NCBI GenBank assembly: GCA_045656005.1
Contig: JAZOQG010000070.1
Span: 8,065-72,064, forward strand
Direction: 5' to 3'
Source: Clostridia bacterium
GTDB lineage: Bacteria; Bacillota; Clostridia; UMGS1883; UMGS1540
Length of the DNA: 64,000 nucleotides
Both the position numbers and the translations under genes were made by a program. This document shows, in pieces, positions 19,142 to 31,740 of the stretch. The first letter of the stretch is position 1; every line of letters begins with the position of its first letter. The notes beneath the pieces were generated by a model. That model did not search any database. It was not told the DNA's origin and saw only the letters and a program-made list of their open reading frames with translations.

Positions 19142-22100
19142 TTACACAAAAAACGTTAGTTGGGCAGTCTCAGTCATACCATCGAGACATCCAACGCTTT
19201 GAAGTGCCTCAACAACTGCCTTTGTAATTCCGCTCTTTTTAACCATATCGTCAATGGCAATAAATTCTCCCTTTTCCCTTGCCTTTGCAATACTTTTTGC
19301 AGCCGCGGTACCAACACCGGGGAGGGAATTTAAGGGCGGTCTTATCTTTCCGTCTTCTTCTAAAAATTTATCGCTGTGGGATTTATATAAATCCATAGGA
19401 AGAAATTCTATTCCCCTTGCATACATTTCGACACAGACCTCAAGTACTGAAATCATAGCCTTTTCTTTAGGCGTTGCATCGTTTCCTTTTGCATTTATGT
19501 TTTTAATGGTTTCCTTAACCTTATCTGCTCCGTGGCACATTATATCATATTCAAATCCGTCTGCCCTTACGCTGAAATATGCCATATAAAACGCAAGCGG
19601 GTAATGTACTTTAAAATATGCAATTCTAAATGCCATTGTTACATAGGCACACGCATGGGCTTTTGGGAACATGTATTTAATTTTTTTACAGGAGTCTATA
19701 TACCATTCTGGAACTTCATGCTTTCGCATTTCTTCTTCCCATGTATCATTAAGCCCTTTACCCTTACGAACAGATTCCATAATCTTAAATGACATTGAAG
19801 GGTCAAGACCCATTTTAATTAGATATATCATAATATCGTCACGGGTACAGATACAACTTGAAAGTGTACATGTTCCGCCGGTTACTAGGTCTTGTGCGTT
19901 GTTTGTCCAAACGTCGGTACCATGGGAAAGTCCGCTTATTCTTATTAAATCAGAGAAGGTTTTCGGCTTTGTGTCAACAAGCATCTGGCGAACAAATTTT
20001 GTACCAAATTCAGGCACCGCATAAGTTCCGACTTCACTGTTTATATCCTCTTTCGTAACTCCCAAAATATCGGTGCTTGTAAAAATTGACATAGTGTCTT
20101 TGTCATCAAGCGGGATTTTCTTTGCGTCAAGCCCTGTGATATCTTCGAGCATTCTGATAACGGTCGGGTCGTCGTGACCGAGAAGGTCAAGTTTTAAAAG
20201 GTTTTCGTCTATGGAGTGATAGTCAAAGTGAGTCGTAATAATATCAACATCGCTTTTATCTGCAGGGTGCTGAACAGGGGTAAACTCATGTATATCGTGA
20301 CCTTTAGGCAAAACTATAACACCGCCCGGATGCTGACCTGTTGTTCTTTTAACACCTGTGCATCCTTCAACAATATGAGCTACATCTGCTTTTCGAGAGG
20401 CAAGTCCTCTCTCGTCAAAATAATTTTTAACATAGCCAAAGGCTGTTTTTTCCGCAACTGTGCCTATTGTTCCTGCACGGAAAACATACCCCTCACCAAA
20501 CAACACCTCTGTGTATTTGTGAGCGGTTGACTGATAGTCTCCTGAAAAATTGAGGTCTATATCAGGAGCTTTGTCACCGTTAAAGCCCAAAAAGGTTTCA
20601 AATGGGATATCGTGTCCGTCTTTATAAAGCTCGGCTCCGCACTTGGGGCACACTTTATCAGGAAGGTCACAACCTGAGCTTACAGGTGCATCATTTAAAA
20701 ATTCGCTATATTTACACTCTGGACATACATAGTGCGGTGGGAGTGAGTTTACCTCTGTAATATCAGTTAAAAATGCAACAAATGAAGAGCCTACACTACC
20801 ACGCGAACCTACAAGATATCCGTCTTCAAGCGACTTTTTAACGAGTTTATGAGCAATCATATACATAACCGCAAAGCCGTTATTTATAATACTTGTAAGC
20901 TCTTTTTTCATTCTTGTTTCAACAAGTTCTGGTAAATTTTCGCCGTAAATTCTTGTTGCCTTTTCACGGCACATTCTTTCAATATCCTTGTCAGAGCCTT
21001 CAATAACGGGAGGACATTTTTCCTTTGGAACGGGGCGGATATCTTCAATCATATCGGCAATTTTATTTGTGTTTTCAATTACAATTTCCCTTGCCTTATC
21101 CTCGCCGAGATATTCAAATTCTTTGAGCATTTCGTCGGTTGTTCTGAAATAAAGAGGTGCCTGATTATCCGCATCGGAAAATTTCTTCGCCGCCATCAAA
21201 ACCCTTCTGTAAACCTCGTCTTCAGGGTTTAAGAAGTGAACATCACCCGTTGCAACAACGGGTTTTCCATATTTTTCGCCAAGCTCTATTATTTTTTTGT
21301 TAAATTCTTGAAGCTCAGAGACAGAAGAAACCTCTCCCTCACGAAGCATAAACATGTTGTTTCCTATGGGCTGAACTTCAAAATAATCGTAAAATTCGCA
21401 AAGTTTTTTAATTTCTTCGTCACTTTTCTTGTCTTTTATTGCTTTAAAAAGCTCACCCGACTCACATGCAGAACCTATTAAAAGCCCGTCACGGTGTTTT
21501 AAAATTTCACTTTTCGGCATGCGGGGAGTTCTATAATAGTAGTTTAAGTGGGAAAGAGAAATCAACTTATAAAGATTTTTAAGTCCCACCAGATTTTTTG
21601 CAAACAGTATTATGTGATGTGATTTAAGTTTTGCCATATCAGCCTGACCTGCAAGTTCTGCATTCAAAGAGTCAAAATCCACTACTTCTTCGGGCAAAAG
21701 GGCAAGACATTTAAGATAAATTTGTGCACAAACCTCGGCATCATTTACTGCACGGTGATGAGAAGGATTATCTATGCCAAAATGGTCTGCCATAATATTC
21801 AGCTTATGGCTTTTCTTTTCTTTTACAATGCTTCGGCAAAGGGCCAGGGTGTCAAGGAAGTCTAGAGAGCTGTTTTCTACCCTTCCCGATAGATTTGCTC
21901 TTATAAAACTTGTGTCAAAATCGGCATTGTGGGCTATAAGCGGTCTTCCCCCTACAAATTCCATAAACGCGTCAACCGCATCATTTTGCGAGGGAGCATC
22001 CTTTACCATATCGTCTGTTATCCCCGTAAGCTCAACTATTTTTGCAGGGATTGGTTTTTCGGGGTTTGCAAAGGTTTCAAAAGTGTCACAAATTTTTCCG

Positions 22101-23353
22101 TCTTTTATTAAAACGGCACCTATTTCAGTTATTTTTTCACTCTGGGGCGAAAGACCTGTGGTTTCTATATCAAAAACTACAACCTCACAGTCAAGCGGCA
22201 TATTCTTGCCTTTGTAAATAAGATTGTCGCAATCGTTTACAATATATCCTTCAGTACCATACAAAATTTTTATTGTATCGTCTTTTTCGTGAAATGCCTC
22301 TGGAAACGCCTGAACAACACCGTGGTCAGTTATTGCAACTGCACTGTGTCCATACTGCTTTGCTCTCTGCACAAGGCTCTTTGCACTTGCAATAGCATCC
22401 ATTGTTGACATTTGAGTGTGTGCATGAAGCTCTACTCTTTTTACTTCTGCATCATCTCTCTTTTTTGCTTTTTCAGCTTTATTTATATCTTTTGCAGTTA
22501 ATGTTAAATCCTGTTCAAAGCTATCGTATTTTACTTCGCCTCTTACAAGAACGTGCTTACCCTTTTTAATATCTCCCTTTAAAAGTTCATATTTTTCGGC
22601 GGTTACAAAGAATTTGCAAATCATTGAACCGCTATGGTCATTAACATAAAAAATAACAAGAAATTTTCCGTTTCGAAGTTCCCTTGAATCCACAAAGAAA
22701 ATATCGCCTTTTATTGTAACTTTACCGTCGCTTTCTTCTATGAGGCCTATATCTTTTGGGGCATCTGTAATGTTTTTGCCTAGTATAAATTCAGGTACTT
22801 CCGTACTTTCGGGTGCTTTTGGTGCAGGCGGTGCGGGTGGTGCTTTCGGGACATATTCCGCCTTTGGAACTTCAAATTTGATTTCCTCAAACTGTTCCTC
22901 AAACTCCACGTTCATATTGCATGAGCATCTGGATAAAATTGCCCGTATCTTCTCACCTGCTTTTTCATTTTTCAAAAGAGGCAGGCATCCATGCTTTAAT
23001 GTTATTTTCAGGCTCTCTTCTCCTGCTTCCCACAAACTTCCTTCAAATATATATTTACAAACGGGTGAAGTGTCGGAAAGTTCTCCTACTATGTAATCAC
23101 GGCTTTTTTCAATATCTTCAAGAATTTGTTCCTTCGTAGAATTTATTTTAACGCAGATTTCATTCAAAACATAATTTTTTATAAGTATGTGTTTTAGTTT
23201 TTCAATTTCTGCGTAAGGCAACAAAGAGTCCTGCTTTATTTCAAGCGTGACTCCTCTTTTTTCCGTATCAACCATAAGGGACAAAACCCTGATTTTTTCA
23301 AGGCCTTCGGGAACATTTATGTCCTTAAAAGCCTCAGAAAGTGTTTTTTCCAT
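19142..23353 (-). CDS. polC: DNA polymerase III alpha subunit, PolC-type (Gram-positive)
   Basis: 1403 aa with internal exonuclease domain (FDIETTGL), PHP and polymerase core. Confidence 0.95.
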   Translation of the reverse strand: MEKTLSEAFKDINVPEGLEKIRVLSLMVDTEKRGVTLEIKQDSLLPYAEIEKLKHILIKNYVLNEICVKINSTKEQILEDIEKSRDYIVGELSDTSPVCKYIFEGSLWEAGEESLKITLKHGCLPLLKNEKAGEKIRAILSRCSCNMNVEFEEQFEEIKFEVPKAEYVPKAPPAPPAPKAPESTEVPEFILGKNITDAPKDIGLIEESDGKVTIKGDIFFVDSRELRNGKFLVIFYVNDHSGSMICKFFVTAEKYELLKGDIKKGKHVLVRGEVKYDSFEQDLTLTAKDINKAEKAKKRDDAEVKRVELHAHTQMSTMDAIASAKSLVQRAKQYGHSAVAITDHGVVQAFPEAFHEKDDTIKILYGTEGYIVNDCDNLIYKGKNMPLDCEVVVFDIETTGLSPQSEKITEIGAVLIKDGKICDTFETFANPEKPIPAKIVELTGITDDMVKDAPSQNDAVDAFMEFVGGRPLIAHNADFDTSFIRANLSGRVENSSLDFLDTLALCRSIVKEKKSHKLNIMADHFGIDNPSHHRAVNDAEVCAQIYLKCLALLPEEVVDFDSLNAELAGQADMAKLKSHHIILFAKNLVGLKNLYKLISLSHLNYYYRTPRMPKSEILKHRDGLLIGSACESGELFKAIKDKKSDEEIKKLCEFYDYFEVQPIGNNMFMLREGEVSSVSELQEFNKKIIELGEKYGKPVVATGDVHFLNPEDEVYRRVLMAAKKFSDADNQAPLYFRTTDEMLKEFEYLGEDKAREIVIENTNKIADMIEDIRPVPKEKCPPVIEGSDKDIERMCREKATRIYGENLPELVETRMKKELTSIINNGFAVMYMIAHKLVKKSLEDGYLVGSRGSVGSSFVAFLTDITEVNSLPPHYVCPECKYSEFLNDAPVSSGCDLPDKVCPKCGAELYKDGHDIPFETFLGFNGDKAPDIDLNFSGDYQSTAHKYTEVLFGEGYVFRAGTIGTVAEKTAFGYVKNYFDERGLASRKADVAHIVEGCTGVKRTTGQHPGGVIVLPKGHDIHEFTPVQHPADKSDVDIITTHFDYHSIDENLLKLDLLGHDDPTVIRMLEDITGLDAKKIPLDDKDTMSIFTSTDILGVTKEDINSEVGTYAVPEFGTKFVRQMLVDTKPKTFSDLIRISGLSHGTDVWTNNAQDLVTGGTCTLSSCICTRDDIMIYLIKMGLDPSMSFKIMESVRKGKGLNDTWEEEMRKHEVPEWYIDSCKKIKYMFPKAHACAYVTMAFRIAYFKVHYPLAFYMAYFSVRADGFEYDIMCHGADKVKETIKNINAKGNDATPKEKAMISVLEVCVEMYARGIEFLPMDLYKSHSDKFLEEDGKIRPPLNSLPGVGTAAAKSIAKAREKGEFIAIDDMVKKSGITKAVVEALQSVGCLDGMTETAQLTFFV

Positions 23354-24400
23354 TTACTTGCTCCAATTATCTATCTCACTAAATAATACATTTAAAATTT
23401 CGTCTTCTTTAATTTTTCTTATAATTTCGCCTTTTTTAAATAAAACTGCTTCGCCTTTGCCCCCTGCAATGCCTATATCTGCATCCTTAGCTTCACCGGG
23501 ACCGTTTACTGCGCATCCCATAACTGCAACTTTTACGCCCTTTTTCACGTTTTCCAGATATTTTTCAACCTTTTCGGCAATTTCAAAAAGATTTATTCGG
23601 CATCTGCCACAAGTAGGACAAGAAACAAGCTCTGGTTCCTCTCTTAAATCAAGAGCTGACAATAAAGCTTTTGCGGCTTTAATTTCTTCTACGGGGTCAG
23701 CCGTGAGGGATACTCTTATTGTATCTCCTATTCCATTTAATAGAAGTGCTCCTATTCCTGCACTACTCTTTATAATTCCGCCGTAAGCTGTGCCTGCCTC
23801 TGTAACACCAAGGTGCAGAGGGTAATCGCATTCTTTCGCCATAAGAGTGTAAGCCTCAACTGTTTTTCTAACGTCGGAGGCTTTAAGACTTATAACTATA
23901 TTTTCCATTCCGCACTCTTCCAAAATCGAGGCATGGTATTTTGCGCTTTCTACCATTGCCTTTGGCGAAGATCCATATTTTTCATAAAACTCTTTTTCGA
24001 GAGAGCCGCTGTTTACACCTATGCGGATAGGTGTGCCCGATAAAATAGCAGCACGGGCAACCTCTCTCGCCTTTTCCCTGGAACCAATGTTTCCGGGATT
24101 AATTCTTATTTTGTCTATCCCGCCGTCAATGCACCAAAGTGCCAGGCGGTGGTCAAAATGTATATCAGCAACTATTGCCGTTTTTACCTTTGATTTTATT
24201 TTTCTTACAGCTTTTGCCGAGGCTTCATCTGGCACAGTAAATCTTACAATGTCAGCCCCTGCCTCATAAAGACGATTTACCTCTTCCACGGTTCTTTCAA
24301 TATCAGACGCAGGAGTTGTGGTCATTGACTGAATTGCAATGGGATTGTCTCCCCCTATTTTTATATTGCCGATTTTTACCTCTTTTGAAGCTCTTCTCAT
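23354..24400 (-). CDS. ispG: 4-hydroxy-3-methylbut-2-en-1-yl diphosphate synthase (flavodoxin)
   Basis: 348 aa GcpE-family; C-terminal CPTCGRC Fe-S motif. Confidence 0.9.
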   Translation of the reverse strand: MRRASKEVKIGNIKIGGDNPIAIQSMTTTPASDIERTVEEVNRLYEAGADIVRFTVPDEASAKAVRKIKSKVKTAIVADIHFDHRLALWCIDGGIDKIRINPGNIGSREKAREVARAAILSGTPIRIGVNSGSLEKEFYEKYGSSPKAMVESAKYHASILEECGMENIVISLKASDVRKTVEAYTLMAKECDYPLHLGVTEAGTAYGGIIKSSAGIGALLLNGIGDTIRVSLTADPVEEIKAAKALLSALDLREEPELVSCPTCGRCRINLFEIAEKVEKYLENVKKGVKVAVMGCAVNGPGEAKDADIGIAGGKGEAVLFKKGEIIRKIKEDEILNVLFSEIDNWSK

Positions 24401-24409
24401 AAAATCCTC

Positions 24410-26926
24410 TTATTCTGCGGGAGTTTCAGCATTTTCCAAAACTTCGCCCTCTTCAGTTTCTTCCTCTTCTTCATGCTCGGTTATTGCAACTGACTTGACC
24501 TCAACATCATCCGAAAGGCGCATAAGTCTTACACCCTTTGTGCTTCTGCCTATTGAGCTTACATCGCTTGCGGAAATTCTTATGATAATTCCTTCTGATG
24601 TAATCATTATGATATCTTCATTGTCATGTACTGTCTTAATTCCAACAACTTTACCTGTAATGTCACTGCACTTATAGGTTTTGATACCTTTACCGCCTCT
24701 TGACTGAACTCTGTATTCAGAAATATCAGTTCTCTTACCGTAACCTTTTTCTGTTACTGCCAAAAGCTCTGCATCTTCCGAAACTACGCACATTCCGATT
24801 ACATAGTCATCGCTACCGAGATTAATAGCCTTAACACCTCTTGTAACTCTGCCCATGCCTCTTACATCTTTTTCATTAAAGCGGATAGCCATACCATTGT
24901 GAGTACCGATTACAACTTCGTTTTCGCCGTCTGTCATTTCAACTTTTATAAGCTCATCGCCCTCATCAAGTGAAATACCGATAATTCCGCCTTTTCTTGA
25001 GGTATCGTAATCAGTTAAGGAAGTTTTCTTTATGATACCGTTTCTGGTACACATGAGAAGATATTTATCATCCTCAAATTCACGAACGGCAATAAATGCA
25101 GTTATCTTTTCATCTTTTTCAATCGGGAGAATGTTTACTATTGCCGAGCCTTTTGCCTGTCTGCCCGCTTCGGGAATCTGATAACCCTTAATGCGATACA
25201 TTCTTCCTTTATTTGTGAAGAACAAAAGATTTGCATGGCTTGAACAAATGATAATATTTTCAACAAAATCTTCTTCCTTGGTGGAAAGACCTTTAATGCC
25301 TTTTCCTCCTCTATGCTGACTCTGATATGTTGATGCAGGCAAACGTTTTACGTATCCGCAATGTGTAAGAGTAATAACACTTTCCTCTTCTTCAATGAGG
25401 TCCTCAATATCAATTTCGCTGACAACATTTTCAATGCCTGTTTTTCTTTCGTCACCGAATTTGTCACGGATTTCAGTAAGTTCTTTCTTAATCTGTTCAT
25501 TAAGAAGATTTTTATCTGCAAGAAGTTTTTTGTATTCTTCTACTTTTGCCGAAAGCTCGTTATATTCATCATCAATTTTTTCACCATTGAGTTTTTGAAG
25601 CTGTGCAAGACGCATATCAAGAACACTTTGTGCCTGAATTTCGGAAAATCCGAATTTTTCCATAAGTCTTTCCTTGGCATCATCATAGGAATTTCTGATA
25701 ACCTCAATGATAGCATCAATATTTGCGAGCGCAATGCGGAGTCCTTCAAGAATATGCATTCTTGCTTCTGCTTTTTCAAGGTCAAATTTTGTTCTTCTTG
25801 TAACAATTTCTTCCTGGAATTTTATAAAGTATGCCAAAACTTCTTTAAGGCAAAGTGTTTTTGGTTTTCCGTCACAAATTGCAAGCATGTTTACGGAGAA
25901 ACTGTCCTGAAGTCTTGTGAATTTATAAAGCTGATTTAAAACAACATAAGGATTTGCATCTCTTTTAAGGAATATTTCAAGTCTTATGCCAACACGGTCT
26001 GACGAATGGTCATCAATATCGGAAAGTCCTTCTATTTTCTTATCTTTAACAAGCTCTGCAATTTGCTCTACCAGCATTTTTTTGTTAACCTGATAAGGAA
26101 GCTCTGTCACGATAATTGAAGATGAGCCGTCTTTATGTTCTTCAATCTGTGCTTTTGCTCTTATAATGATTTTTCCTCTTCCCGTCGCAAACGCACTTCT
26201 TATGCCGCTTTTTCCCATAATTGTTGCACTTGTCGGGAAATCGGGACCCTGAATATGTTCCATAAGTTCATCAACTGTTATGTCGGGGTTATCAATCTGC
26301 GCCATTGCGCCGTTTAAAACCTCAGTTAGGTTGTGAGGAGGAATATTTGTTGCCATACCAACTGCAATACCACTGCTTCCGTTTATAAGAAGTGTCGGAA
26401 TTCTTGTAGGCAAAACAGTAGGCTCCACTCTTTTTTCATCAAAGTTCGGAGCAAAATCAACTGTGTTTTTATCTATGTTTTCAAGCAAAACGTTTGAAAG
26501 TTTGCTCATTCTTGCTTCTGTGTAACGGTAAGCAGCAGCAGGGTCACCGTCAACAGAGCCGAAGTTTCCGTGACCGTCAACCAAAGGATAACGCATTGAA
26601 AAATCCTGCGCAAGACGTACCATGGCATCATAAACTGATGCATCACCGTGAGGATGGTATCTACCGATAACATTACCGACGGTTGTAGCAGATTTAAAGA
26701 AAGGCTTATCCGCAGTCAAATGCTCTTCGTACATTGAATAGAGAATTCTTCTGTGAACGGGCTTTAGTCCGTCTCTTACATCAGGCAGAGCACGGCTTAC
26801 GATTACGCTCATTGCATAATCAATAAAAGCCTCCTTCATTCTTTTTTCAATATCAACATCAACAATGGTTTGGGTGTCGAAGTATTCTTCAAAATGTGAA
26901 TCTTCGTATTTTTTATTTTTAGCCAT
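24410..26926 (-). CDS. gyrA: DNA gyrase subunit A
   Basis: [23 protein letters not shown]...catalytic Tyr region; ATG with AAGGA RBS preferred over upstream TTG. Confidence 0.95.
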   Translation of the reverse strand: MAKNKKYEDSHFEEYFDTQTIVDVDIEKRMKEAFIDYAMSVIVSRALPDVRDGLKPVHRRILYSMYEEHLTADKPFFKSATTVGNVIGRYHPHGDASVYDAMVRLAQDFSMRYPLVDGHGNFGSVDGDPAAAYRYTEARMSKLSNVLLENIDKNTVDFAPNFDEKRVEPTVLPTRIPTLLINGSSGIAVGMATNIPPHNLTEVLNGAMAQIDNPDITVDELMEHIQGPDFPTSATIMGKSGIRSAFATGRGKIIIRAKAQIEEHKDGSSSIIVTELPYQVNKKMLVEQIAELVKDKKIEGLSDIDDHSSDRVGIRLEIFLKRDANPYVVLNQLYKFTRLQDSFSVNMLAICDGKPKTLCLKEVLAYFIKFQEEIVTRRTKFDLEKAEARMHILEGLRIALANIDAIIEVIRNSYDDAKERLMEKFGFSEIQAQSVLDMRLAQLQKLNGEKIDDEYNELSAKVEEYKKLLADKNLLNEQIKKELTEIRDKFGDERKTGIENVVSEIDIEDLIEEEESVITLTHCGYVKRLPASTYQSQHRGGKGIKGLSTKEEDFVENIIICSSHANLLFFTNKGRMYRIKGYQIPEAGRQAKGSAIVNILPIEKDEKITAFIAVREFEDDKYLLMCTRNGIIKKTSLTDYDTSRKGGIIGISLDEGDELIKVEMTDGENEVVIGTHNGMAIRFNEKDVRGMGRVTRGVKAINLGSDDYVIGMCVVSEDAELLAVTEKGYGKRTDISEYRVQSRGGKGIKTYKCSDITGKVVGIKTVHDNEDIIMITSEGIIIRISASDVSSIGRSTKGVRLMRLSDDVEVKSVAITEHEEEEETEEGEVLENAETPAE

Positions 26927-26955
26927 TTTTATATATCCTTTCAAAAAGCAGATGC

Positions 26956-28896
26956 TTAAACATCAAGATTTGTTACATACTGGGCATTTTCTTCGATAAA
27001 GAGTCTTCTAGGCTCTACTTCATCGCCCATCAGCACGCTGAAAATTCTGTCAGCCTTTTCTGCATCTTCAAGTGTAACTTTCAAAAGTATTCTGTTTTTC
27101 GGGTCCATGGTGGTTTCCCAAAGCTCTTCAGGGTTCATTTCACCAAGACCTTTATAACGGCTGATATCTACCTTTGCATTCTGGTCTCCGCCTTTTAATT
27201 CTTCACTTATTTTATCTCTTTCATCATCACTGAAAGCTACAAAACTTTTCTTACCTCTTGAAACCTTGTAAAGCGGTGGTTTTGCAAGATAAATATGACC
27301 TGTTTCAACAAGCTCTCTCATAAATCTGAAGAAAAATGTGAGCAAAAGTGTCTGAATATGAGCTCCGTCAACATCGGCATCGGCCATAATAATTACTTTG
27401 TCATATCTTAATTTTTCAATAGAAAATTCTTCACCAATTCCTGTACCAAGTGCCTGAATTACAGGTTTTAATTTATCATTTCCGTAAACCTTATCGGCAC
27501 GTGATTTTTCAACGTTGAGCATTTTACCCCAAAGCGGCAAAATTGCCTGATATTTGCTGTCACGTCCATTTTTTGCAGAGCCGCCCGCACTATCACCCTC
27601 AACAATATAAATTTCTGTTTTTGTGGGGTCTTTTATAATACAGTCGGTAAGTTTTCCCGGTAGTGAGCTTGAACCAAGCGGCGTTTTTCTTGTTGCCTCT
27701 CTCGCCTTTCTTGCTGCAAGTCTTGCACGCGATGCCATTAATGCTTTTTCAATAATTGATTTACCTACATTCGGATTTTCTTCAAGGAAATCGGAAAGTT
27801 TTTCTCTTACTATTCCTTCGACAAGTCCGCGGATTTCAGAATTACCGAGTTTTGTTTTTGTCTGTCCTTCAAACTGGGGCTCTTCAAGCTTTACGGAAAT
27901 TACTGCAATAAGACCTTCTCTTGCATCTTCACCCGTAAGTTCTTCATTATCTTTTATAAGTTTATATTTTTTGCCGTAATCAACCAAAACCTTTGTAAGT
28001 GCTGATTTAAAGCCTGTTTCGTGAGTTCCGCCCTCTGTTGTTGAAATATTATTTGCAAATGACTCAATAACTTCATCATAGCCCGTGTTCCACTGAAGTG
28101 AAACCTCTGCCATACTTCCGTTTTTCTCACCGCTTACATAAATTACTTCTTCGTGTACATATTCGAGTGTATCTTTTCTCGCTTTTTTCTCGCCATAAAG
28201 GAATGAAACAAAGTTTTTGATACCGCCGTCAAACTGCAAAACTTCAACTTTGTCTTCCTCAGGTCTCTTATCTGTAAAGACAATTTTTATACCGCCATTT
28301 AAGAATGCCTGCTCACGAAGTCTTTTTAAAAGAACTTCGTAGTCATAAACAGTTTCTTCAAATATTTCTCCATCTGCCCAAAATGTTACCTGTGTACCTG
28401 TTCTATCTGTAGTTCCTATTTCATGAACTTCCCCGTCAGGCACACCTCTTTTATAGCTTTGGAACCATATTTTTTCGCCATCATGAACTTCTACTTCAAG
28501 TTTCGTGGAAAGAGCATTAACAACAGACGCACCAACACCGTGAAGTCCACCCGATACCTTGTATCCGCCTCCACCGAATTTTCCGCCTGCGTGCAAAACG
28601 GTAAAAATAACGTCAATAGTAGAAATTCCCATTTTTGGATGTATGCCGTGAGGCATACCTCTTCCGTTATCCTTTACAGTCACAGAATTATCTTCATTAA
28701 TTGTTACATTGATTTCAGTACAAAAGCCTGCCAGAGCTTCATCAATACTGTTATCAACAATTTCATAAACAAGATGATGAAGACCCCTTAAGGATGTAGA
28801 ACCAATGTACATACCCGGTCTTTTTCTTACCGCTTCAAGTCCTTCAAGTACCTGAATTTGCGATTCATCATAGTTTTGCTGAACATTATTTTCCAT
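26956..28896 (-). CDS. gyrB: DNA gyrase subunit B
   Basis: [26 protein letters not shown]-terminus, GHKL ATPase and Toprim; start at the ATG with GGAG RBS. Confidence 0.95.
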   Translation of the reverse strand: MENNVQQNYDESQIQVLEGLEAVRKRPGMYIGSTSLRGLHHLVYEIVDNSIDEALAGFCTEINVTINEDNSVTVKDNGRGMPHGIHPKMGISTIDVIFTVLHAGGKFGGGGYKVSGGLHGVGASVVNALSTKLEVEVHDGEKIWFQSYKRGVPDGEVHEIGTTDRTGTQVTFWADGEIFEETVYDYEVLLKRLREQAFLNGGIKIVFTDKRPEEDKVEVLQFDGGIKNFVSFLYGEKKARKDTLEYVHEEVIYVSGEKNGSMAEVSLQWNTGYDEVIESFANNISTTEGGTHETGFKSALTKVLVDYGKKYKLIKDNEELTGEDAREGLIAVISVKLEEPQFEGQTKTKLGNSEIRGLVEGIVREKLSDFLEENPNVGKSIIEKALMASRARLAARKAREATRKTPLGSSSLPGKLTDCIIKDPTKTEIYIVEGDSAGGSAKNGRDSKYQAILPLWGKMLNVEKSRADKVYGNDKLKPVIQALGTGIGEEFSIEKLRYDKVIIMADADVDGAHIQTLLLTFFFRFMRELVETGHIYLAKPPLYKVSRGKKSFVAFSDDERDKISEELKGGDQNAKVDISRYKGLGEMNPEELWETTMDPKNRILLKVTLEDAEKADRIFSVLMGDEVEPRRLFIEENAQYVTNLDV

Positions 28897-28917
28897 AATT
28901 TTCTCCATTCCGCTATT

Positions 28918-29166
28918 TTAATTTTTGCTCATTACTCTTTTATAAAGTGTTTGTGATGACACAGGTGAAATATAAATTTTCATATTTTTTCTGTCATCCG
29001 TTATAATAAATGACCTTGGAAGTTCAGATGAAATATAAATTATTTCTTTTCCTTTTTTTCTGAAAAATTCTTTGGTTATTTTTGATGTACTGGTGTTTTC
29101 GATATCCATTATTGAAACAATATCTTTATCTCTTACAACAAAGTCACCGCCAATATTTATATACAA
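28918..29166 (-). CDS. remB: DUF370 domain protein (YaaB/RemB-like)
   Basis: 82 aa; position between recF and gyrB as in Bacillus; sequence consistent with DUF370. Confidence 0.6.
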   Translation of the reverse strand: MYINIGGDFVVRDKDIVSIMDIENTSTSKITKEFFRKKGKEIIYISSELPRSFIITDDRKNMKIYISPVSSQTLYKRVMSKN

Positions 29167-29169
29167 AAT

Positions 29170-30258
29170 TTATTCCTCCGTCACATTTCCTTCTTCTACA
29201 TAAAAATATTTTTTTTCACCGTCTGCACTATATTTTTCGGTGCAAGTAATAATAACCTGTCTGCCTGAAATTTTTTCCGAAATATATTTTCTTCTTTCCT
29301 CATCAAGTTCACTCATTATATCATCAAACAAAAAGACAGGATATTCTCCGCTTTTTTCATAAATCATTTCTGCCTGTGCCATTTTAAGTGCAATAACAGC
29401 GGTTCTTTGCTGACCTTGTGAAGAAAAGAATTTTGCATTTTTTTCATTTATATAAAATTCATAATCATCACGATGAATACCTACAAGTGAAGAACCCATA
29501 ATTATTTCACTTTCAAGTTTTTTGTTAAGTGATACTAAAAATTTTTCTTTTAAAGATTCTTCATCAAAATTTTCAGTAAAAATATTTGGATTATATTTTA
29601 TATTAAAAGTTTCTTTTTCTCCCGTCATTTCCTTAAAAACAGAATTTGCAAGAGGAATTATTTCATCAATTATCTTTTTTCTTTCGCACATGATTTTTGC
29701 TCCTGCCAAAGAAAGCTCTTCATTCCAGACAGATATTGTTTTATAAATATTTTCACTGCTCTGTTTTAAAAGATTATTTTTTTGCTTTAAAATTTTGTAG
29801 TATTTTTTTAGATAACCATAATAAAGAGGTTTTTCACTGCTTAAAAGCATGTCCACAAAATTTCTGCGAAGTTCAGGTGCACCCGATATCAAGGAAAGTT
29901 CTTCGGGACTGAACAAAACAGTTTTAAATACTCCTAAAATTTCGCTTGTTTTTCTCAAATTGTTTCCGCAAAGTCTTATAAATTTTTTATTCTTATTTAT
30001 TAGAATTTCAGCATCTTTTTCACAACCCGAAGATTCAAATAAAACAGAAATTTTTGCAAAATCTTCATTTAAATTTATAAGATTTTTGTCAGGTACTCTT
30101 CTATAGCTTTTTCCGCTCGAAAAAAGAGATACAGCTTCTAAAATATTTGTCTTTCCCTGGGCATTTTTTCCATAAATTATATTTGTGCCATTACAAAAAC
30201 TTACTTTTTGTTTTTTATAATTTCTGTAGTTTATAACCTCAAGTTCTTTTACAAACAT
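29170..30258 (-). CDS. recF: DNA replication and repair protein RecF
   Basis: Walker A GKNAQGKTNILEA, SMC-like signature, position downstream of dnaN. Confidence 0.9.
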   Translation of the reverse strand: MFVKELEVINYRNYKKQKVSFCNGTNIIYGKNAQGKTNILEAVSLFSSGKSYRRVPDKNLINLNEDFAKISVLFESSGCEKDAEILINKNKKFIRLCGNNLRKTSEILGVFKTVLFSPEELSLISGAPELRRNFVDMLLSSEKPLYYGYLKKYYKILKQKNNLLKQSSENIYKTISVWNEELSLAGAKIMCERKKIIDEIIPLANSVFKEMTGEKETFNIKYNPNIFTENFDEESLKEKFLVSLNKKLESEIIMGSSLVGIHRDDYEFYINEKNAKFFSSQGQQRTAVIALKMAQAEMIYEKSGEYPVFLFDDIMSELDEERRKYISEKISGRQVIITCTEKYSADGEKKYFYVEEGNVTEE

Positions 30259-30259
30259 A

Positions 30260-30472
30260 TTAAAGCACCATAATTTTTAAATTATCTGAAAAAAGGCAAA
30301 CAACTTCGTCACCACTGCGGATTTTTTTTCCTCTTCTTGTTTCAACTTCGCCATTTACCAAAACTTCACCATCTAAAATAAGCATTTTAGCTTCCCCGCC
30401 GCTTGAAACTACATTTGCGGCTTTTAAAAGGGAGTCAAGTTTTATAAATTCACCATCTACTTTAAATTCCAT
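30260..30472 (-). CDS. yaaA: S4-domain RNA-binding protein YaaA
   Basis: 70 aa S4-like ORF between dnaN and recF. Confidence 0.65.
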   Translation of the reverse strand: MEFKVDGEFIKLDSLLKAANVVSSGGEAKMLILDGEVLVNGEVETRRGKKIRSGDEVVCLFSDNLKIMVL

Positions 30473-30473
30473 A

Positions 30474-31586
30474 TTATTCCTCGCTGTTTATTTTAACCGG
30501 CAATACCATAAATATAAAATCATCACTATCAAAAGGTTTTATAATACATGGATTTAAGTTTCCGTTAAACTGCATTAAAATTTCATCACATTCGCATGCT
30601 GCCAAAGCTTCGTGAAGATATCTTTGATTAAAACCAATTTCAATTTTTTCATCACAAGGCTCAATTTCTAAAACATCATGCACTTTTCCTGTTGAAGTAA
30701 CGCAATCTATTGAAAGAATGTTATTTTCAATTGTAAGTTTAATAGGATTTTTAACAATGTCAACAGATACAATAGGATCTGTTCTTTCGACACATGTTAA
30801 AATATCTGAAAGCTGAAGATGTGTAAGTATTTTAAAATCTTTTGGAATAATTGCTTTGTAGTTAAAATACTCACCTTCAATAAGTCTTGATAATACTTTT
30901 GTATTTTCAAATTCAAACATCACATATTTATCTGTTATTTTAAGAGTAACAGGAGTATCATCATCTCTTATGATTTTTGAAACATCAGAAAGAGTTTTAC
31001 CTGAAATTATAAATTTTTCGTTGCCGCCTTCATTTATTTTTTCTTTTTTCAGTGCCATACGGAAACCATCAAGAGAAACTATTGTTAATGTATCTCCTTC
31101 TATTTCAAAAAGTGAACCTGTTAAAGTTATTTTATCAGGTCTTGTTGAAACTGCATAAGAAGTTTGTCTTATCATTTTTTTAAGGGTATTTGAAGGAATA
31201 GTAAGAGATGCAGTTTCTTTAATTATGGGAAGCTCGGGAAACTGTTCAGGTCCGAGTGCAAGAATATTATAAACTGATTTTTGGCATTTAATTGTAGTTT
31301 TCAAATCTTCTTTAACGTCAACGCTTATAATATCGTTAGGAAGTTTTCTTATAATTTCAAGAAAAACTTTTGCATCTCCTAAAACTGCAGAACCATTTTC
31401 CTGAACTGTTGCAGGAACTATACACTCTATTCCTGTGTCAAGATTATTTGTAGTAAGTATAATGCGGTCTTCATCAGTACTTATTAATATACCTTCCAGA
31501 ATAGGCATTGGAGATTTTGCAGAAACTGCTTTTATAACAGTTGAAACAGCTTCAAAAAGTTTGTCCTTTTCACATAAAAAAATCAT
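30474..31586 (-). CDS. dnaN: DNA polymerase III beta subunit (sliding clamp)
   Basis: Similarity to DnaN; start chosen at the ATG ([14 protein letters not shown]) with AAAGGAGA RBS. Confidence 0.9.
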   Translation of the reverse strand: MIFLCEKDKLFEAVSTVIKAVSAKSPMPILEGILISTDEDRIILTTNNLDTGIECIVPATVQENGSAVLGDAKVFLEIIRKLPNDIISVDVKEDLKTTIKCQKSVYNILALGPEQFPELPIIKETASLTIPSNTLKKMIRQTSYAVSTRPDKITLTGSLFEIEGDTLTIVSLDGFRMALKKEKINEGGNEKFIISGKTLSDVSKIIRDDDTPVTLKITDKYVMFEFENTKVLSRLIEGEYFNYKAIIPKDFKILTHLQLSDILTCVERTDPIVSVDIVKNPIKLTIENNILSIDCVTSTGKVHDVLEIEPCDEKIEIGFNQRYLHEALAACECDEILMQFNGNLNPCIIKPFDSDDFIFMVLPVKINSEE

Positions 31587-31663
31587 TTTAATAGTCTCCT
31601 TTTCTTCCGTGGGCAAAGCCCATTAAAAAAATAATAAATTATTATAGTAATAGTAATAGTACA

Positions 31664-31735
31664 TGTGGAAATTGTGTAAAACTTAAATCATCGGCATGTT
31701 TTTAACAAAAATATATGTTGATAAAAAGTGGATAA
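31664..31735. promoter_or_regulatory. DnaA-box cluster in the dnaA-dnaN intergenic region (tgtggaaat, tgttgataa, agtggataa): second part of a bipartite oriC
   Basis: Matches the TGTGGATAA consensus with 0-2 mismatches at 31664, 31716 and 31727. Confidence 0.55.
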
Positions 31736-31740
31736 CTTTA

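Noticed and set aside
19254-23786. Multiple 60-180-aa plus-strand ORFs inside polC, and similar ones inside gyrA, gyrB, dnaA, mnmE and mnmG
   Set aside because: Antisense or out-of-frame ORFs within well-supported long genes; low-complexity translations; no RBS.
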